Positions 15,237 to 26,923 of a stretch of DNA of 64,000 nucleotides are shown one piece after another. The stretch comes from the human T2T-CHM13v2.0 reference genome, Homo sapiens. The position numbers were made by a program, and so were the translations under genes. Location of the stretch: the NCBI RefSeq assembly GCF_009914755.1, contig NC_060933.1; one strand, given 5' to 3'. Under the pieces are notes generated by a model. The model made no database searches. It saw only the letters and a list, made by a program, of their open reading frames with translations, and was not told the DNA's origin. Numbering within the stretch: position 1 is the first letter of the stretch; each line of letters opens with the position of its first letter.

Positions 15237-17620
15237 TGATGTAATTTGGTTCTGTGTCCCCACCCAAATCTCATGTTGAATTGTAATCTCCATGTATTGA
15301 AAGAGAGGCCTGTTGAGAGGTGACTGAATCATGGGGGGGTGGACTTCCCCCTTGCTGTTCTGGTGATAAAATTCTCAGGAGATCAGCTTGTTTAAAAGTG
15401 TGTGGTACTTCCCCCTTCACACTCTGTCTCTCTTTCTCCTTCTCCACCATGGTAAGACATGCTTGTTTCCCCCTTTCCTTCTCCCATGATTGTATGTTTC
15501 CTGAGGCCACCCAACCATGCTTCCTGCAGAACTGTGAGTCAGTTAAACCTTATTTCTTCATAAATTACCCAGTCTTGGTCATTCTTTATAGTAGTGTGAG
15601 AATGGACTAATATAGAAAATTGGTACCGGGAGTGGGACACTGCTATGAAGATACCCGAAAATGTGGAAGCAACTTTGGAACTGGGTAACAGGCAAAGGTT
15701 GGAACAGTTTGGAGGGCTCAGAAAAAGATAGGAAGATGATGGAAAGTTTGGAATTTCCTACAGATTCGTTAAATTGTTGTGTCCAAAATGCTGATAGTAA
15801 TATGGACAATGAAGTCCAGGCTGAGGTGGTCCCAGATGGAGATGAGAAACTTATTGGGAACTGGAGTAAAGGTCACTTTTGCTACACTTTAGCAAAGAGA
15901 ATAGAAGTATTTTGTCCCTTCTCTGGAGATCTATAGAACTTTGAACTTGAGAAAGTTGATTTAGGGTATCTGGCAGAAGAAATTTCTGAGCAGCAAAGCA
16001 TTCTTGAAGTGGCCTGGCTGCTTCTAAGAGCCTGTGATCATTTGCATAAACTTAGAGATTATCTGAAACTGGAAGTTATATTTAAAAGGAAAGCAATGCA
16101 TAGCAGTTTGGAAAATTTACAGCTTGACCATATGGTAGAAAAAAAAATTCTTTTCTAGGGAAAAATTCAAGCAGGCTGCAGAAATTTGCATAAGTAATGA
16201 GGTGCTGAATGTTAATAGCCAAGACAATAGGGAAAATGCCTCCAGGGCATTTCAGAGACCTTCACAGCAGCTTCTCCCATCACAGGCCTGGAGGCCTAGG
16301 AGGAAAAAAAAATGGTTTCGTGAGCCAGGCCTAGGGTCCCACTGCTCGGTGCAGCCTCGGGACATGGAACCCTGCATCCCAGCCACTCCAGTTCCAGTCC
16401 TGGCTAAAAGGGGTCAAGGTACAGCTTGGGCCATTGCTTCAGAGGGTGCAAGCCCCAAGCCTTGGTGGTTTCCACATGGTGTTAGGCCTGCGGGTGCGCA
16501 GCAGGCAAGAGTTGAGGTTTGGGAACCTTCACCTAGATTTCAGATGATGTATAGAAATGCCTGAAGGTCCAGGCAGAAGTCTGCTGCAGGGGCAGAGCAC
16601 TCATGGAGAACCTCTACTAGAGCATTGTGGAGGGCAAATGTGGGGTTGGAGTGCCTGCACAGGGTCCCCACTGGGACACTGCTTCGTGGAGCCGTGAGAA
16701 GAAGGCCACCTTCCTCCAGACCCCAGAATGGAAGATCTGCTGACAGCTTGCACCATGCTCCTGGAAAAGCAGCAGACACTCAACACCAGCCTAAGAACAT
16801 GGCCACAGGGCCTGTACTCTGTAAATCCAGAGGGGAAGAGCTGCCCAAGGCCTTGGGAGCCCACCCCTTCTATCATTGTGCCCTGGATGTGAGACATGGA
16901 GTCAAAGGAGATTATTTTGGAGCTTCAAGATTTAATGAATGCACTGCTGAATTTTTCAGATTTTCATGGGGCCTGTAGCTTCTTTGTTTTGGCTAATTTC
17001 TCCCTTTTGGAATGGCAGTATTTACCCAATCCCTTTACCCCTATTATATCTTGGAAGTAACTAACTTGTTTTTATATTAGAGGCTAATAGGTAAAAGGGA
17101 TTTGCCTTGTCTCAGAAAAGACTTTGGACTTAGATATTTGAGTAAATCCTGAAATGAGTTAAGACTTTGTGGGACTTTTGGTAAGGCAAGATTGTTTTTT
17201 GAAATGTGAGAATGACATGAAATTTGAAAGGAGCCAGGTACAGAATAATATGATGTGGCTCTATGCTCCCATCAAAATCTCGTCTCGAATTGCAAACCCC
17301 TTGTGTTGAAGAAGCCTGGTGGGAGGTAATTTAATAATAGGGGTGAACATCTCCCATGCTGTTCTTGTGATGGAGTTCTCAGGAGATGTTGTTTGAAAGT
17401 GTGTAGCACTCCCCTCTTCTCTCTCTCTCTCTCCTGCTCTGACATGTGAAGATGTGCTTGCTTCCCTTTTACCTTCTGCCACGATTGTAAGTTTCCTGAG
17501 GCCTCCCAGCCATACTTTTCTGTACAGCCTGTGGAACTGTGAGCCAGTGAAACCTCTTTTCTCCATAAATTACTTAGTCTCAGCTATGTCTTTATAGCAG
17601 TGTAAGAATAGGCGAATACA
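15237..17620 (+). mobile_element. Complete MSTA/THE1D-type MaLR element: 5' LTR 15237-15614, internal 15615-17245, 3' LTR 17246-17620
   Basis: Two ~375-bp LTRs around a ~1.6-kb MaLR internal region (AATGTGGAAGCAACTTTGGAACTGGGTAACAGGC...); purine tract before the 3' LTR; TSD AGTAC at 15232-15236 and 17621-17625. Confidence 0.95.
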
Positions 17621-18229
17621 AGTACTGATCTCATCTTAAATCAGCTTCAATATTAAATAATTTGTGAAACCTTTAACAAACCACATGAAGAGGAAATTCT
17701 GGTGTAATTTGATTCTTCTTTTAATTTGAGCGATTTCTAGTTTATAAACTGCATTTGTCTTATCCTGTGTTAGCATTACTAGAAAGGCAATTTATTTGCT
17801 GCAGGGTCCTTATTATTGAGGTCTTATTCTTTGTCAAGTCACCAAGTACCTTTTTTTATCATCTTCAGGGAGGTTTTGATTTCTCTCAAAATGCTTAATA
17901 TGTGCATGATGTGTCCACAGTGTCTCTAGTATATGCAGCCTGTGACTTTCATTCTGGCAGCTGTGTTGTCTCTGCTGCAGCCAGCATTTTGAAGTCTGCT
18001 TCTGATGCAATACGCAGAATATTTTAAAAAATTGTTGGAGCCTATGATGAAAATTAATTGTCCCATAGCACTATGAAACTTCCTGGGTATATCATTAAAT
18101 ATTCTTGTGACAAGAAAACCTTACATCATTACTGTTTTATTACTTTATAGTCAATATCATATATTGTGGATACTCTTGGTCTTTATAAATTTAAATCAAT
18201 AAAGAAGTAAGGAAAATTTGAGGGTCCAT

Positions 18230-18572
18230 GTCTATAATCAGATTACACTAGACTTTCTGCAGTCAAAAAAATTCCAAAATATCAGAGACTTAATAAATAA
18301 CAGCGGTCTAGTTCTTATTTCATGCAACCATCTCTGAACTAGGACTCAGACTCCTCCATGTGTAACAGCCTTAATACCCATTATAGCTACAAGTGACACA
18401 TGTTATACAGCTTACATAGTATAAGCACATATTATACTGCTGCTTATATTTTATTGGCAGAAGCATGTCACATGGTTATACTTAACTTCAAAGAAATGCT
18501 GAAGTGCAATCCTTTCTTGTGCCTCCCAAAAAAGTGAATGGGTAATACTGAGGAGCATCACTATGTCTAACA
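18230..18572 (-). mobile_element. Old MLT1 (J/K/L-like) LTR remnant
   Basis: TATTGGCAGAAGCATGTCACATGG..AACTTCAAAG..AAGTGCAATCCT..GAGCATCACTATGTCTAACA. Confidence 0.6.
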
Positions 18573-19707
18573 AATGTTCAATTGTTCATGTAAGAGAGAA
18601 ATAAAAATCTCATCATAATTTTAAAGCACTGTGTCAGTCTGCTTAAGCAGTGTGTAATAAATAGAAGAACAACATTGCAAGTTTATGTTCAACCTCTGGA
18701 AAATTAGACCTTTAAAAATGTTTTATGAAGCTAAAAAGAAAGGCTAATTTTCAAAGAACCCTAAGGACACTAAAAGCTTAAGAAACATGCAACCAAAATT
18801 TTAATTAAAGAGAGTTTAGACATAGAAGGACAGCCTCCTGATACCACAGACACTAAGAGCCATGATTGGGAGCATTCAGAACATAGTTTAACCATCAGAG
18901 ACGTAAGCGGAGTTGAACGTAGTTAATGACATTGGAGACATGAAAACTCTTGCTGTGTCCTAGATTTCTTAGAATAAAGGAGGAGAGCAGTAATCTGGTT
19001 CTTTGCAAATACTTATCTCTCTGACCAGAGTTTAGTCATTTGATTCTTCCCATAACTGACATAGCCTTGTAAAAAAAAGAAATGCACCTAAATCATAATC
19101 CTTCTTCCCATATTAGCAGGCATACGAATGAGCACCTTCACCATGTATTCTTTTCGCTAAAAGTATTGCGCTCACATCCACAACTGACCTATCTATAGTA
19201 AATGCAGTGAATCTAATTATTCTTAATCAACTTGCCTAAGAATAACTATTCTTATGTAGCTTTTAACCAACCTCAGAGCCTTAAACTCTGACCACGGATT
19301 TTTCTGGGAAAACATTTCCAAATCATCCTATATGTGTCTGGATTGTTTTTGTGTTGATAAATTTATGTGAACATCATTCTGTTAACATTTGAGATAAATG
19401 GTATAAACTTCTGTCTTTCTGAAATTTAAAATATTCTTGGTATTAAATTTTAACCCATATAAAATATTAGCCAGGTAGCAATATTACATTTTAGGACATA
19501 GTCACACTAATCATATTTATCATAACAATCAATGTCCAAAAAATAATTGTATCTCATTCATTTTGCCATTCTACCAAACAGTCATTCACAAAATAATGTC
19601 ACAGAAAAATACTAGGAAATTGTATAAATAAATGAATGAATGAATCAATGAATCAATAAACACTGAATAAATACATGTTAAAAAGAAGGGATTCAGTATT
19701 GCTACTT

Positions 19708-20020
19708 GAAAATTCCAGAAATAATCATTTTATGTTTAAATTTCACACTCTTCTGAGTAGAATGATGATATCTCATCTCTAGCCATTCTGATTCATCCTG
19801 CCCAGGACATAAATCTTCTTTTTGTCCAGCATATCCATGCGGTATATACTATCCACCCATTAGTCACTTAGCAACTGTTTTCATTATCAGATAAACAATG
19901 TCATGGTATCAACAGTTGCTTGTGTTCATGTAACCCTTATTTTACTTAACAATGGCTCCAAAGGAAACGAGTAGTGCTTCTGGCATATTATAATTGTTCT
20001 ATTTTATAATTAGTTATTGT
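19708..20020 (+). mobile_element. MER44 (Tigger7-derived, TcMar-Tigger) fragment
   Basis: GAAAATTCCAGAAATAA..TTCTGAGTAG..TTTGTCCAGCATATCCA..TTAGTCACTTAG..TAACCCTTATTTTACTTAACAATGGCTCCAAAG. Confidence 0.85.
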
Positions 20021-20712
20021 AGCCTCAATGCTTTCTGATACAACATGTTGCCATTAAGCAAAACACATTTCTGTTTAGTTCTTTCACTCACAAATTTATT
20101 GACTTTTCCATCTTAACTAAGCACTATGTGCTGTGACTGTAATTTTTGCAGTTTGAAGTGTAATAGTAAAACTAGCTCAAATACCTTTTTCCTTTTCATA
20201 CCTGAAGATTTTACAATTTTAACTATGAATAGAAGATTGTTTTTACCATAGGTATTAGCAACCCCAGCAAATAATTGTCTTCATTTCATTGATAATATGA
20301 GAACCTTCACCTTTTCACTTAAAGAAAGCACATTATAGCTTATCTTTGGTACATCCAAATTGCCAGCATCAACACTCTTATGCTTTGGTGTTATTATTAG
20401 GTAAACTACATGTCACTTGAACACAAGAACTGTGAAAATCAACAGTTGATCTGATAACCAAGATGGCTGCTAAGTGATTAATGGGAAGGTAGCTTGTAAA
20501 GTGTGGATATTCTGGACAAAGGGATGATTCATTTCCAGGATAGGAAGAAGTGTGACACCAGGCAATTTTATCATGCTACTCAGAACAGCATGTAATTAAA
20601 AACATGAAAACTGCTTATTTCTGAAATTTTTGATTTAATATTTTTGAATCGCAGTTGGGCACAGGTAACTTAAACCATGGAAAATGAAACTGTGGATAAG
20701 GGGAAAATACCA
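20021..20712 (-). mobile_element. Tigger7/MER44D-like left end including TIR and start of the transposase
   Basis: Reverse complement of the same MER44 motifs (CTAAGTGATTAA, CTGGACAAAGGGATGATTCA, CTACTCAGAA), ending GTGGATAAGGGGAAAATAC (TIR-like). Confidence 0.85.
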
Positions 20713-20714
20713 TA

Positions 20715-21232
20715 TAAAAGAATTCTAGGAACAATGGTATGTCAACAACTTAAATAACTTAGATGAGATAAATAAATTTCTAGAAAGACAAAACTACTGA
20801 AACTAACTCAAGAAGAAATAGCAAATCACTTAAGAATAGAAAAACACTTAAGGAAAAATTAACTGTAATTATTCACTGACTCTTCCAAGAAAAAAAGAGA
20901 AGAGAATACTTCCCAAGCCATCATATGAGAGTCACATAAAACAGTATCACTGATATAAAAATCAGGCACATCACGAAAAAAGAAAGCTAAAAACCAATAT
21001 TTGGTATGAGTATAGAGGCAAAAATCCTCAAGAAAATGCTAACAAATCAAATTAAGCAATAGATAATAAGAATTGTACACAATAACCAAGTGGAACTTAT
21101 CCCAGGAATTCAAGGTATAGTTAGCATTTGAAAATAAATTAATGTAATGTACAATATTTATAAAGTAAAAGGTAAAAGCTACATAATCATTTCAGTTCCT
21201 GCAGACAAAGCACTTAACATACTCCAACACTC
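20715..21232 (+). mobile_element. Old L1M ORF2 fragments
   Basis: AACTTAGATGAGATAAATAAATTTCTAGAAAGACA..CTCAAGAAGAAATAG..GCAAAAATCCTCAAGAAAATGCTAACAAA..TATCCCAGGAATTCAAGG. Confidence 0.8.
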
Positions 21233-21379
21233 TCAAATCTGTTGAGAAATAACCTAATGTTTAAAAATAGGGGTTACGCCCTGAAAGCTTAGGTAGTTCA
21301 GAAATATTTTCTCCAAGTTTTGATACCTGTGGGTCACATAATACTTTGTGCACACAAGAATCACCAGTTTAGTGACTCC

Positions 21380-21565
21380 AGGAGGGAGACTGATGGCCCA
21401 CCTCAGTCAGGTGGAGCCAGGAAGAACTTTTCCCACTGAGACAGATCAGACTGTTGAGTAGACTGGCATGCTCCAAACAGATCACCCGAGAAAATGCACT
21501 GAGAGTGGATAGAGAGATGTCCCAGATGCCAGGGCTGAAGGGGTAGGAAGCTGGAAACTTTGCAA
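21380..21565 (+). mobile_element. Probable isolated L1 5' UTR start (L1PA15/16 or L1P4-like)
   Basis: GAGCCAGGAAGAACTTTTCCCACTGAGA..AGTAGACTGGCATGCTCCAAACAGATC..GGGCTGAAGGGGTAGGAAGCTGG resembles recalled old L1P 5' ends. Confidence 0.55.
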
Positions 21566-22188
21566 TCTCAAATCAAGAATAAGATCAGAGGTGAATACTT
21601 GAAAAACACATGGTGGCTTTTCCTTTGTTTGTAATTTGTCCATGATGTCTGGGTTTTACAAGCAGCATACATTATTCAGAAAATATAAAATTAATTTTTA
21701 AAGTGAGACCTCCCTGCTGAACAAGGAATTCCAAACATGAAAGGTTATACACAAATTACAATAGGTTAATGCTTGTTTTACAAAGGTATTCATGCAATGA
21801 CAGTGTAATATAATATATAATAAATAACATCAGGCCCCTTTATGAATTATTCCTATTTTCTAATCTATATATGAAAATTTCTATTTCTAAAATATTTTTT
21901 AATTATTTTATTGATAAAAATTAAAAACTTAAGAAAGTTTTCTAATAAATATAATATCTACGATATTCACAAATTTACAATTGTTCTGTTTTCTGAGAAA
22001 ATTGTGATTGATTTTTATGAATAATGCTCAATATTTCAAATTGGGAATTCAATATATAAGACAACATAATTTGTCACAATTTGGATCTAATTACATATTT
22101 CTACATTTATTTATTAGTTAAATATTTGTATGTGTTCCAAGACACTCTTTTCCACTATTTTGAATTTAATAATATTGATTGGACTTCT

Positions 22189-22235
22189 TTTTTTTTTCTT
22201 TTTTTTTTATTATTATACTTTAAGTTTTAGGGTAC
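22189..22235 (-). mobile_element. Ultra-short L1PA insertion (last ~27 nt plus poly-A)
   Basis: T-tract + TTATTATACTTTAAGTTTTAGGGTAC, flanked by perfect TSD ATTGGACTTCT (22178-22188, 22236-22246). Confidence 0.93.
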
Positions 22236-23101
22236 ATTGGACTTCTAAATTCAATTTAAGAAAAATATAATGTATGGAAGATATATATATAACTAAATAC
22301 CCCTATGTAAACTGAATTAATTAAATTGGAAATACTGAAGGAATACTCTGCTTGCAGATATTCAAAAGTTGTGGTTTGAGAGATGGGAAATGGGATATTT
22401 ATTAAAGGTTGCCTGACTATAAACTGTTTGGTTTATATTACTCTCTTATCACTATTTATTATACTTAGGGCTTGCTATATACACAAGATGCTTATGCATT
22501 TTGAGGCTGAATACATTTTTATTTTGAAGCATTTAATGATAAGTTGCTGTTGCCTGAATTTAATAGGTTCTTGAGAAAATGTGGTTGTATCTCCAGATTC
22601 ATAATATTACACTAAACTAGATTTAGCATTTTATTATAGAAAAAATGGAGTCAGGAGTCACCTATCTGAGACACGTTTGAAACAGGACAGAAAAGCCCAG
22701 AAATAAAATGCTGCTAGGAAGATACAATTTATTTTCTTCTGCCTGCCTGCATTTAAAGTAAGGGTATATTTAACCCAAAAAAGAACAGATGGATTGTATT
22801 TATAATGGTCACAGATGAAATGTTGCCTTATTCAATTCTTCTATTAATTTCTTTCTACTGCTCCCACTGCCAAAAAGTGCACTGTTACACATAGGTGAAT
22901 TAAATGAAAAGAAAATGGTAGACTGTGTATGTAGTATATGATTTGTGGAAAGCTGTTTACTTCAAGTTAATTTTGAAGTATTATCTAGTTTGAGCTTTTC
23001 CTGCTGAACCTTTAGCCTTGGGGTAAAATGTAGCATTCTATTTTAACATTATATTTATAATTTTTTCTACAGTATGTTGTTGAAAACAAGAGCCAATTAA
23101 C

Positions 23102-23171
23102 GGAATAGAAAGTGGAATAGAAAGCCACTATGGCTTTCTATTCCAAAGCCATAGTGACTTTGGAATAGAAA
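23102..23171. repeat. Interlocked inverted repeats (three overlapping hairpins)
   Basis: TGGAATAGAAAGCCA-cta-TGGCTTTCTATTCCA; TTTCTATTCCAAAG...CTTTGGAATAGAAA; AAAGCCACTATGGCTTT...AAAGCCATAGTGACTTT. Confidence 0.92.
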
Positions 23172-23647
23172 TGCAGTGTATATCCATGCAATAAACACGA
23201 GAGAAGTGGCCAAGGTATATGAAGCATAAATCATTATATTCTTAAAATCTGACTCTGAATGAATGAGAATGAGCAAACTAAATATTTTTCTTCGAAATAT
23301 ATCGGATGTTTTCTTTTTAAAAAGTTAGGTTTGGTGTATTTCAAATAAGCAATGAGTAAAACTGAAATGAACTGCAGTTTTGAAAAGCTCCCCTTTGTCT
23401 TCCATACTGGACTGCAAAATTTAATTTGTTTTGTTTTGATCATTTCCATGTTTCCATCACTTAGAACAGTGCCAGGGCATTGATGATGAAAGTGTCCTTC
23501 ACATTGCATTAATAAATGCAGGTATGGAAGAAATAATTCATTTTATATTTAGAACTTCACTACCAAATAAAAATAAATTGGGCTATAGAAAATAAAAGTG
23601 TGCATACATAAATTATATGTAATAATAAGGTTACCATAAATCAAACA

Positions 23648-23713
23648 CATATTTATATATTATGATAATATATATTTATATATTATGATAATATATATTT
23701 ATATATTATGATA
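23648..23713. repeat. AT-rich minisatellite, ~24-bp unit, ~2.7 copies
   Basis: ATATTTATATATTATGATA(ATATAT) repeated three times. Confidence 0.85.
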
Positions 23714-23881
23714 CATATTGATTTATGATACATATAGATCTACATATTATTATTAAATAAATATATAAATATACAAATGTATATAATTATGCATTGTATA
23801 TAATCAAATATATCATTTGTTTAAATATATAGATAGAAAATTTTTGCACTAGGCAGTAATTGGTTGTTTGACAGCTGTTTG

Positions 23882-24797
23882 AAAGCCAACAGGTATATGA
23901 GAAAATGTTCAATATCACTAATCATCAGGAAAATGCAAATCAAAACCTCAATGAGATATCACCTGACTCCTGTTAGAATTGCTATTATACTAAAGGCAAA
24001 AAATAAGTGTTGGTGAGGATTAGGAGAAAAAGGAATTCTTACACACTGTCAGTGGGAACATAAAGTAATACAGTCATAATGGAAAACAGTATGGTGGTTC
24101 CTCAAAAAATTAAAAATAGAGCTAGCATATGATTCCACAATCCCACTATTGTTTATATATTCAAAGGACATGAAATCAGTATGTTGAAGAGATATTTGTA
24201 CTTCCATGTTCATTGCAGCACTATTCACAATAGCTAAGATATGGAATCAATCTAAGTGCCAATAAATGGATGATTAGATAAAGAAAATGTGTGTATATAC
24301 ACAATAGAATACTCTACAGCCATAAAAAAGAATGAAATACTGTCATTGGGACAACATGAATGAATCTGGAGGAAATTAAATTAAGCGAAATAAGCCAGGC
24401 ACAGAAGAGTAAATAACCTCATGCTCTCACTTACACGTGAAATCTAAAAATTTGATCTTATAGGCATAGAGAGTGCAATAGTGATTACAGAGGCTGGGGA
24501 GGTTAGTGGGGTTGGAGGGGATGAGGAAACGCTGGCCAAGGTAAACATAAATACAGTTATATAGGAGTAATAAATTCAAGAGATCTATTATATGGCATGG
24601 TAACTATGACAATTTATTATATTCTCGAAAAACATAAAGACAGTGGAAGTTAGGCACTCTCACTGCAAAAGTGATAACTATATAAGGTAACACCATTTAG
24701 CTAGTCCATATGTATATATACTTGAAAGCATCATGTTGTACAAGATAACACATACAATGTTATTGATCAAATTTACTTTAAAAATAATCTTTAAAAA
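23882..24797 (+). mobile_element. L1MA (L1MA5-like) 3' end
   Basis: GCCAACAGGTATATGAGAAAATGTTCAATATCACTAATCATCAGG...AAATTCAAGAGATCTATT...CATCATGTTGTACAAGATAA. Confidence 0.92.
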
Positions 24798-24819
24798 GTG
24801 GGGGAACAGACGGATCAAA

Positions 24820-25280
24820 ACTCCTGTGATATGAAAATGTCTGGTATATTTGAGGAACTGCGCAAAACCCAGTGAGATTTAAACAGAACCATCAAATAGA
24901 CAGGGGATGACAGAAAGAAAAGTTGCAGAAGCCTAATTATTTAGGGCTTTATAAGCCTTCACTCCTAGCAACATGGAAGGGTTGTGAGAAAAAGAATGTG
25001 ACGATCTGTTCTATGCTTAGTCAGATCACTCTAGTAGCTGTGATGAAAATAAATTACAGGGGAGTGAGGGCAGAGAGCCCCTTTAAAAGGTTATGTAAAT
25101 GATCCAGTAACATAGTGGTGTCTTGGACCAGGGGGTTAACTGTGTGTAAGTAGTTAGAATAGTCAGATTGTAGATATACTTTGAAAGTAGACCTAGGATT
25201 TGCTGATTTAATTTGTCATGTGATAGAGAGAGCGATATCTAGTATGACATCACGTTTTCATCCTGAGCAAGTTACTAAGA
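24820..25280 (-). mobile_element. L2 LINE fragment
   Basis: AGATCACTCTAGTAGCTGTG..GTGGTGTCTTGGACCAGGG..GATATACTTTGAAAGTAGA..AGGATTTGCTGAT. Confidence 0.75.
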
Positions 25281-26151
25281 CAAGCAAGGATCAGATGACA
25301 TAAAAGTTCGTATAAATTTTTTCATAAGATTAGGGCTAGTAAAATGTTTGCTCACATGAATTTGTTTCAAAAATTAGAGATCTGTAATCCATCGTGTTTC
25401 CTTCTAGGCCTGGTCACTGAAAATAGAATTAAGTTTAACAATTACTCAGCCTAACATTGTTTAGCAAAAAAAATTTCGATAACTTTTTTCATTCTTCTCA
25501 TTTAATTCTTCATTACTCTAAGTAATGTCTCAAATACATTTGAAATCAATTAGGACAATAAAGAAAGGTCGAACAATAACAATGTTTACTACAATTGTAC
25601 TCTTCCAGAAATATCAAGGGCCCGTATCCTCTTGAGATTCAATACATTTTATGCAATGTATTTGAATATAACAGATGGAACAGAGGATTGAGATTTCATA
25701 ATTTTTTCCTAAAATATTACAAACCTATGAAGAAGAGTTTTCACATCTCTAGTGTAAAAGAATATTTTCTCATATTAACATATTTTTGTAAGTGAATTGT
25801 TTTCTTTCAAGCATTTATGGTTTCAGATTTAATTCACTCTGATGTTTATATCAAATAATATCTGAAAACTGTCCAAGGAAAATATATCCCTGTTATATCA
25901 GATGTTACTCTTATACTTGCCCAGACTACTGGCAAGGCATACAGTAATTGAGGCTCTGGGATGGTACAGAGAGCATCTCTTGATATAACACACACTGTAA
26001 TTATAGCAAGAATGACAAATATGAGACTGACAATAAAGCAATATTTGAAACCCATGTAAACTAAAATGCTTCTAAACCTCATTGCCATGAAGAAGATAAA
26101 AAAGAGAAATAGTAGGCAGCCCAGGTAGCCTCAACTTTGGCAAAATAATAA

Positions 26152-26203
26152 TATACGTGTGTGTATATGTATATACACACATGCACACACACACACACAC
26201 ACA
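26152..26203. repeat. Compound (TG)/(TA)/(CA)n microsatellite
   Basis: Direct observation. Confidence 0.85.
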
Positions 26204-26856
26204 TGCTTGTATATGTTAAGATCAGATCACAACTTAACTCTGGATTTCAGATTTAAAGACAACTTCCTCTTTGGCTTCTTGGGAAAATTTCACATAGAGA
26301 CTCACTGTAGTTGAGGACTGTTTGAAAATTTCATGAAAAATCTCGCAAATAGGGTACCAATCTATTTATACACATAATTTTTACTATAGCAATTTTGTAT
26401 TAGCAATATTATAAAAGATACCTAAGAGAGAAGGACATCATTTTCTATTCACGTACCAAAAGTAACTAACTTAATTTTCTGCATAGTATCCTTCGGGCTT
26501 TGTTTATACACATATATAATTTGTATTCTTATGATTATAGTAGATGTATTTTATATTTTTTAAACTTAACATTTTATTATAAGCATATTTACATGTTCGT
26601 ATGTAGCCTCAATCAATTATAATATAAACATTACATAATATTTGAGTATTTCTACAATGCCTTCATTATGTCATTTTCTAATATTAATCATTAATATTGT
26701 CTCTGTTTTGCAAAGATGGAAAATGCTCAAAATACTAAAACTGGGTGCATATATATTTTTCTTCTTTGAATTAAGAGAATTGCTAAATGAAACATATATG
26801 TTATGGTTCATCTTACTATAATTATTTTCAAAAATAATACTTCTTCCTCATATGAA

Positions 26857-26923
26857 TATGTATGTGTGTGTCGATATATTATATATATACATATATATGT
26901 GTGTGTGTATATATATATATATA
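26857..26923. repeat. Compound (TA)n/(TG)n microsatellite
   Basis: Direct observation. Confidence 0.85.

Noticed and set aside
15271-17566. Cluster of 76-120 aa ORFs
   Set aside because: All lie in MaLR LTR or internal sequence and are broken remnants or antisense frames
15237-17620. Visible divergence between the 5' and 3' LTR suggesting a recombinant element
   Set aside because: The TSD matches on both sides, and roughly 20% LTR-LTR difference by eye is compatible with the age of MST/THE1D elements
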